A stretch of DNA of 64,000 nt, from positions 17,571-81,570 of IMG/VR virus record IMGVR_UViG_3300006735_000002; one strand, 5' to 3'. Each line of letters begins with the position of its first letter. The stretch's first letter is position 1. Below are positions 61,171-64,000 of this stretch, in pieces. The notes beneath the pieces were generated by a model. The model was not told the DNA's origin and ran no database searches. It saw nothing but the letters and a program-made list of their open reading frames with translations. A program made the position numbers and the translations under genes. The stretch comes from a virus.

Positions 61171-62435
61171 GAATCGGCAGTGATTTCGATTTCATCGAGG
61201 ACAACCCTGGGCTTCTTAACTCCAGCTCCCATGAGGTAAACTTCGTTAGGGTCAAAACCTTCGGTCTCGATCACGTGCTGGCGGTACTGCTGCTCAGCCT
61301 TGGGGGTCAGGTGACCTTCCTGCTGCAGACGAACCACGTCGTCGTAACTCAGCGAGGCAAGCGACTTACTCTGCAACTTGTCAATCGGACCCAACCCCTC
61401 TGCGACGTACTTGACCTGCTCGTAGGGGTCCTGGCTGCGGTTGTAGCCCTCGATAAACGCCTGCGGAGCACCAACGGCAAGTTCCATCACGAGATCGGCT
61501 CCGCCGCTGGTCGCAGCCAGCGCGAACTTTGACCCCAGGAGTCCTGCGGCAACGCCGAGGCCGCGCCTGACAGCGGGGCTGCCCAGTGCGCTCTTCCCGG
61601 CGCGAATAGCGTCAGTGCCGTGGCTCTTGATCAGGTTCTTGGTGTTACGGTACAGGTCGAGTTGTGGGCTAAGAGAGTCTGACGGAGGCAGCATGCTACG
61701 CTTAAGCTTCTTCCTTGCGTTTCTAGGCATTCCGCTAAGGATTTGCCTTTCTTTTTTAAGCCGATTGAAATCGTCCAGATCCGCCTGAGTTATTCTGTCG
61801 GTTGCGCGACTAACTTCGTCAAACGACTCAGACAGCACCCGGTCACTTTCGTATGTCGGGCTGCTCACGTCCATCCCACTGACACGATCACCTACACGCC
61901 TGATCAAGGCTTCATCCGCGCGGATGGCTGGGCCGACTTTACTTCCAGCCCGCAACGGCGTAGGCGTGTAAGCGCGAGCAGGCCCGAGCGGGACATCCGG
62001 TATAGGCTGACCGCGCGGCACTCGCGAGCTTGTTGGTGACTGGGCAAGGGCGCGTAGTCGGTTGGTGGCTCCCCGAACGCTTCGTTCGTCAGTAACATCG
62101 ACTTGTCTTGCGAGGTTGGCCATGTTGTCGCGTCTGTTGATCATACGCGCGCGAAACGTAGGGTCTGTCTGCGCTCGAGGTGACTGCAGCATGTCTTCGG
62201 CCATGCGATTTGCTTCGAAGGCCGCACGCGTCAAGTCGCTTGTGTCAACCGCACCCTCTCGTCTCGCTTTGTCGAGGATACTTTGAGTTATCCTCCCCGG
62301 CTCTGCCCCCAGCTGGTAGTTAGTCGCAAACGAAGTGGCCGCGCGGCTCTGAGGAGACGGCGGGGTTGTCGGACGAATCGCCTCGTCCGACAAGTCAGAC
62401 TTCAGGCGGTCGTAAAATGAAATCTGCTCGGCCAT
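61155..62435 (-). CDS. Hypothetical protein (possibly an internal virion protein)
   Basis: 426 aa, AT-richer codons, Gly/Ala hydrophobic segment, ends SRAED. Confidence 0.65.
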   Translation of the reverse strand: MAEQISFYDRLKSDLSDEAIRPTTPPSPQSRAATSFATNYQLGAEPGRITQSILDKARREGAVDTSDLTRAAFEANRMAEDMLQSPRAQTDPTFRARMINRRDNMANLARQVDVTDERSVRGATNRLRALAQSPTSSRVPRGQPIPDVPLGPARAYTPTPLRAGSKVGPAIRADEALIRRVGDRVSGMDVSSPTYESDRVLSESFDEVSRATDRITQADLDDFNRLKKERQILSGMPRNARKKLKRSMLPPSDSLSPQLDLYRNTKNLIKSHGTDAIRAGKSALGSPAVRRGLGVAAGLLGSKFALAATSGGADLVMELAVGAPQAFIEGYNRSQDPYEQVKYVAEGLGPIDKLQSKSLASLSYDDVVRLQQEGHLTPKAEQQYRQHVIETEGFDPNEVYLMGAGVKKPRVVLDEIEITADSRAED

Positions 62436-62444
62436 GTCGGTCTC

Positions 62445-64000
62445 CTACTGGGGCGGGCTCTGGCCCTGCATCTGAGCCAGACGCTGGACTTCTGCAAGGA
62501 CTTCGGGGGGAAGGTCATCCATCTCGCCACCGGCCTCAGCCTGCGAGACGGACCGCTCGGTCGGCTGCTGACCGCCGGGCTGCTGCGGCTGCTGCGGCTC
62601 TTCGCGAACGGCAGCACCGCCCTTGGCGACCTGCTGCTGCTGAGCCGCGGCGGCCTGCTGAGCCTGCGCCATTGCCTGCCGGGCCTGAGCCTCGGGGATG
62701 ATGATGCGGTTGGGTAGACCCAGACCGCTGACGAGCTCCTCGAACAGCTTGAACATGTCGACGTTCGGAGCCTGGGCGAGCAGTGGAATCATCGCCTGCA
62801 GGGTCTCGAGCAGCACTGCGGGGTTCTTTCGGATGGGGTTGTACGACACCATCTCGAAGTCCATCTGCAGCTGCTTGAGCTGCTGGGTACCGAGGTGCGT
62901 AAACAGATCGCTGCCGGAGAGGCGAACCATCTTCGGCTTCTTCATGTAGCGCTGCATCAGGTAGAACATCTTCGCAGCGACATCTTCGAGGGCGGTGTTC
63001 AGGTGGCCCTCACGGGTCGCCAGCCTGGTCCGCATCTGCGCGTCGATGATGGCCATCTCAGTGGCGGTCTTGGCTCCGGCGACCTGGCCACGCGCGGCTT
63101 CTGCCAGCGCGCTCTGGAAGGCTGCGTCAGCCTCCAGACGGCTGATGAACGAGATGATGGCCTCGGGTACCTGGGGACGAGGCATCTCGTAGAACAGCGC
63201 TCCGAAGTTCCGCATTTCGTCCACGCCTTCTGCGTCGACTGGCACGAACGAACCGACCATTGCTTCCATCGCCTTGTCGAGCGTGGAGCTGTCGATCTTC
63301 CCGGCATCGTACAGAATCTTCGGGACGTTCAGGTAGGTGATGCGCTTCCACAGGGTCAGCAGCTGGTTGATGTTCGTCTGCTGGTCGAGGACCAGCTGGA
63401 CCTCGGAGAGACCAGTGCAGTCGATGCCGCTGTGGTTCAGAGAGAACATGCTGAACGGAACGAAGTCCAGCTGTCCCTTGAACAGCACGTGGTCGGTCCC
63501 CTTGTGGTAGTGGACGACCGTGTTGCTCTCGAGGTCGTAGAACTCGTAGATCATGATGCGCTTGTCGGTGCCCGAGAACGTCGTCATCGACGTCTTCTGC
63601 ACATCATCAAGCATCCAGGTCGGGAGCGCCTCGGGCTTGATTTCCCCATTCGGCTCATACCGGCCGGACTTGACCTTGGCCTTGTAGGCTGATGGCGTCA
63701 GCGGGCATGCCTGGATCCAGTACCGGATGTCGTTGTTGTCCCGCGCGCTGAGGTCAAAGAACACCGTCGCTGGGTTCGGGTTGCTCAGGACGGGGCAGTC
63801 CTTCTTGCTGTCCCACGACACCTTGAAGACGCCGCGCTTGCAGAGCACCGCGTCCATGAGCGCCAGAGCAGACCGACGCCGCATGTTGACCGAGCGGAAC
63901 GCCCACTCCATCAAACCGTTGGTCGCACCTGCCAGGTCCTGGCTGTCCGGCGTCTGCGGCATCGCAGCGACCTGTGGGTTTGGACCCAGCAGGCTGCTGA
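62445..64000 (-). CDS. Portal (head-tail connector) protein, 5' truncated by the window
   Basis: GVFKVSW, FFD, IYEFYD, QQTNIN, RGQVAGAKTATE, Gln-rich tail; frame open to the window edge. Confidence 0.8.
   Translation of the reverse strand, partial: SSLLGPNPQVAAMPQTPDSQDLAGATNGLMEWAFRSVNMRRRSALALMDAVLCKRGVFKVSWDSKKDCPVLSNPNPATVFFDLSARDNNDIRYWIQACPLTPSAYKAKVKSGRYEPNGEIKPEALPTWMLDDVQKTSMTTFSGTDKRIMIYEFYDLESNTVVHYHKGTDHVLFKGQLDFVPFSMFSLNHSGIDCTGLSEVQLVLDQQTNINQLLTLWKRITYLNVPKILYDAGKIDSSTLDKAMEAMVGSFVPVDAEGVDEMRNFGALFYEMPRPQVPEAIISFISRLEADAAFQSALAEAARGQVAGAKTATEMAIIDAQMRTRLATREGHLNTALEDVAAKMFYLMQRYMKKPKMVRLSGSDLFTHLGTQQLKQLQMDFEMVSYNPIRKNPAVLLETLQAMIPLLAQAPNVDMFKLFEELVSGLGLPNRIIIPEAQARQAMAQAQQAAAAQQQQVAKGGAAVREEPQQPQQPGGQQPTERSVSQAEAGGEMDDLPPEVLAEVQRLAQMQGQSPPQ

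Noticed and set aside
1-64000. Prophage boundaries or stop-codon recoding
   Set aside because: No integrase, att site or host genes seen; genes are intact in the standard code and use all three stops

Overview
The whole window looks like part of a GC-rich double-stranded DNA tailed-phage genome with podovirus-like architecture; no host genes, integrase, CRISPR array or rRNA were seen. Layout: (1) 1-18064 (+): virion/ejection genes, dominated by a 5099-aa polyvalent protein with muramidase-like, ADP-ribosyltransferase-like and zincin-like modules. (2) 18066-34335 (-): replication/recombination operon (DUF927 helicase, Rad50/SMC-like ATPase, N6-adenine methyltransferase, UDG-fused family A polymerase, SSB, Sak4-like ATPase, SAM decarboxylase, Cas4-like nuclease, SNF2 helicase, AEP primase) behind a sigma70-type promoter. 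(3) A lone TerS-like gene at 34524 (+). (4) 35030-48187 (-): small early/accessory genes interleaved with structured non-coding segments. (5) 48200-49120: long non-coding region, possibly the genome end or origin. (6) 50504-64000 (-): portal, scaffold, fibre-like and lysis genes. The most unusual signals are a 134-nt tRNA/tmRNA-like RNA whose anticodon arm is replaced by two hairpins with identical palindromic CUGAUCA loops, a neighbouring ~285-nt antisense multi-branched RNA, a family A polymerase with several near-invariant active-site residues replaced (including the steric-gate Glu to His), four gene cassettes bounded by direct repeats of gene junctions, and orphan antitoxin-like early genes. 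All family assignments come from motif recognition by eye; no database search or folding program was run.
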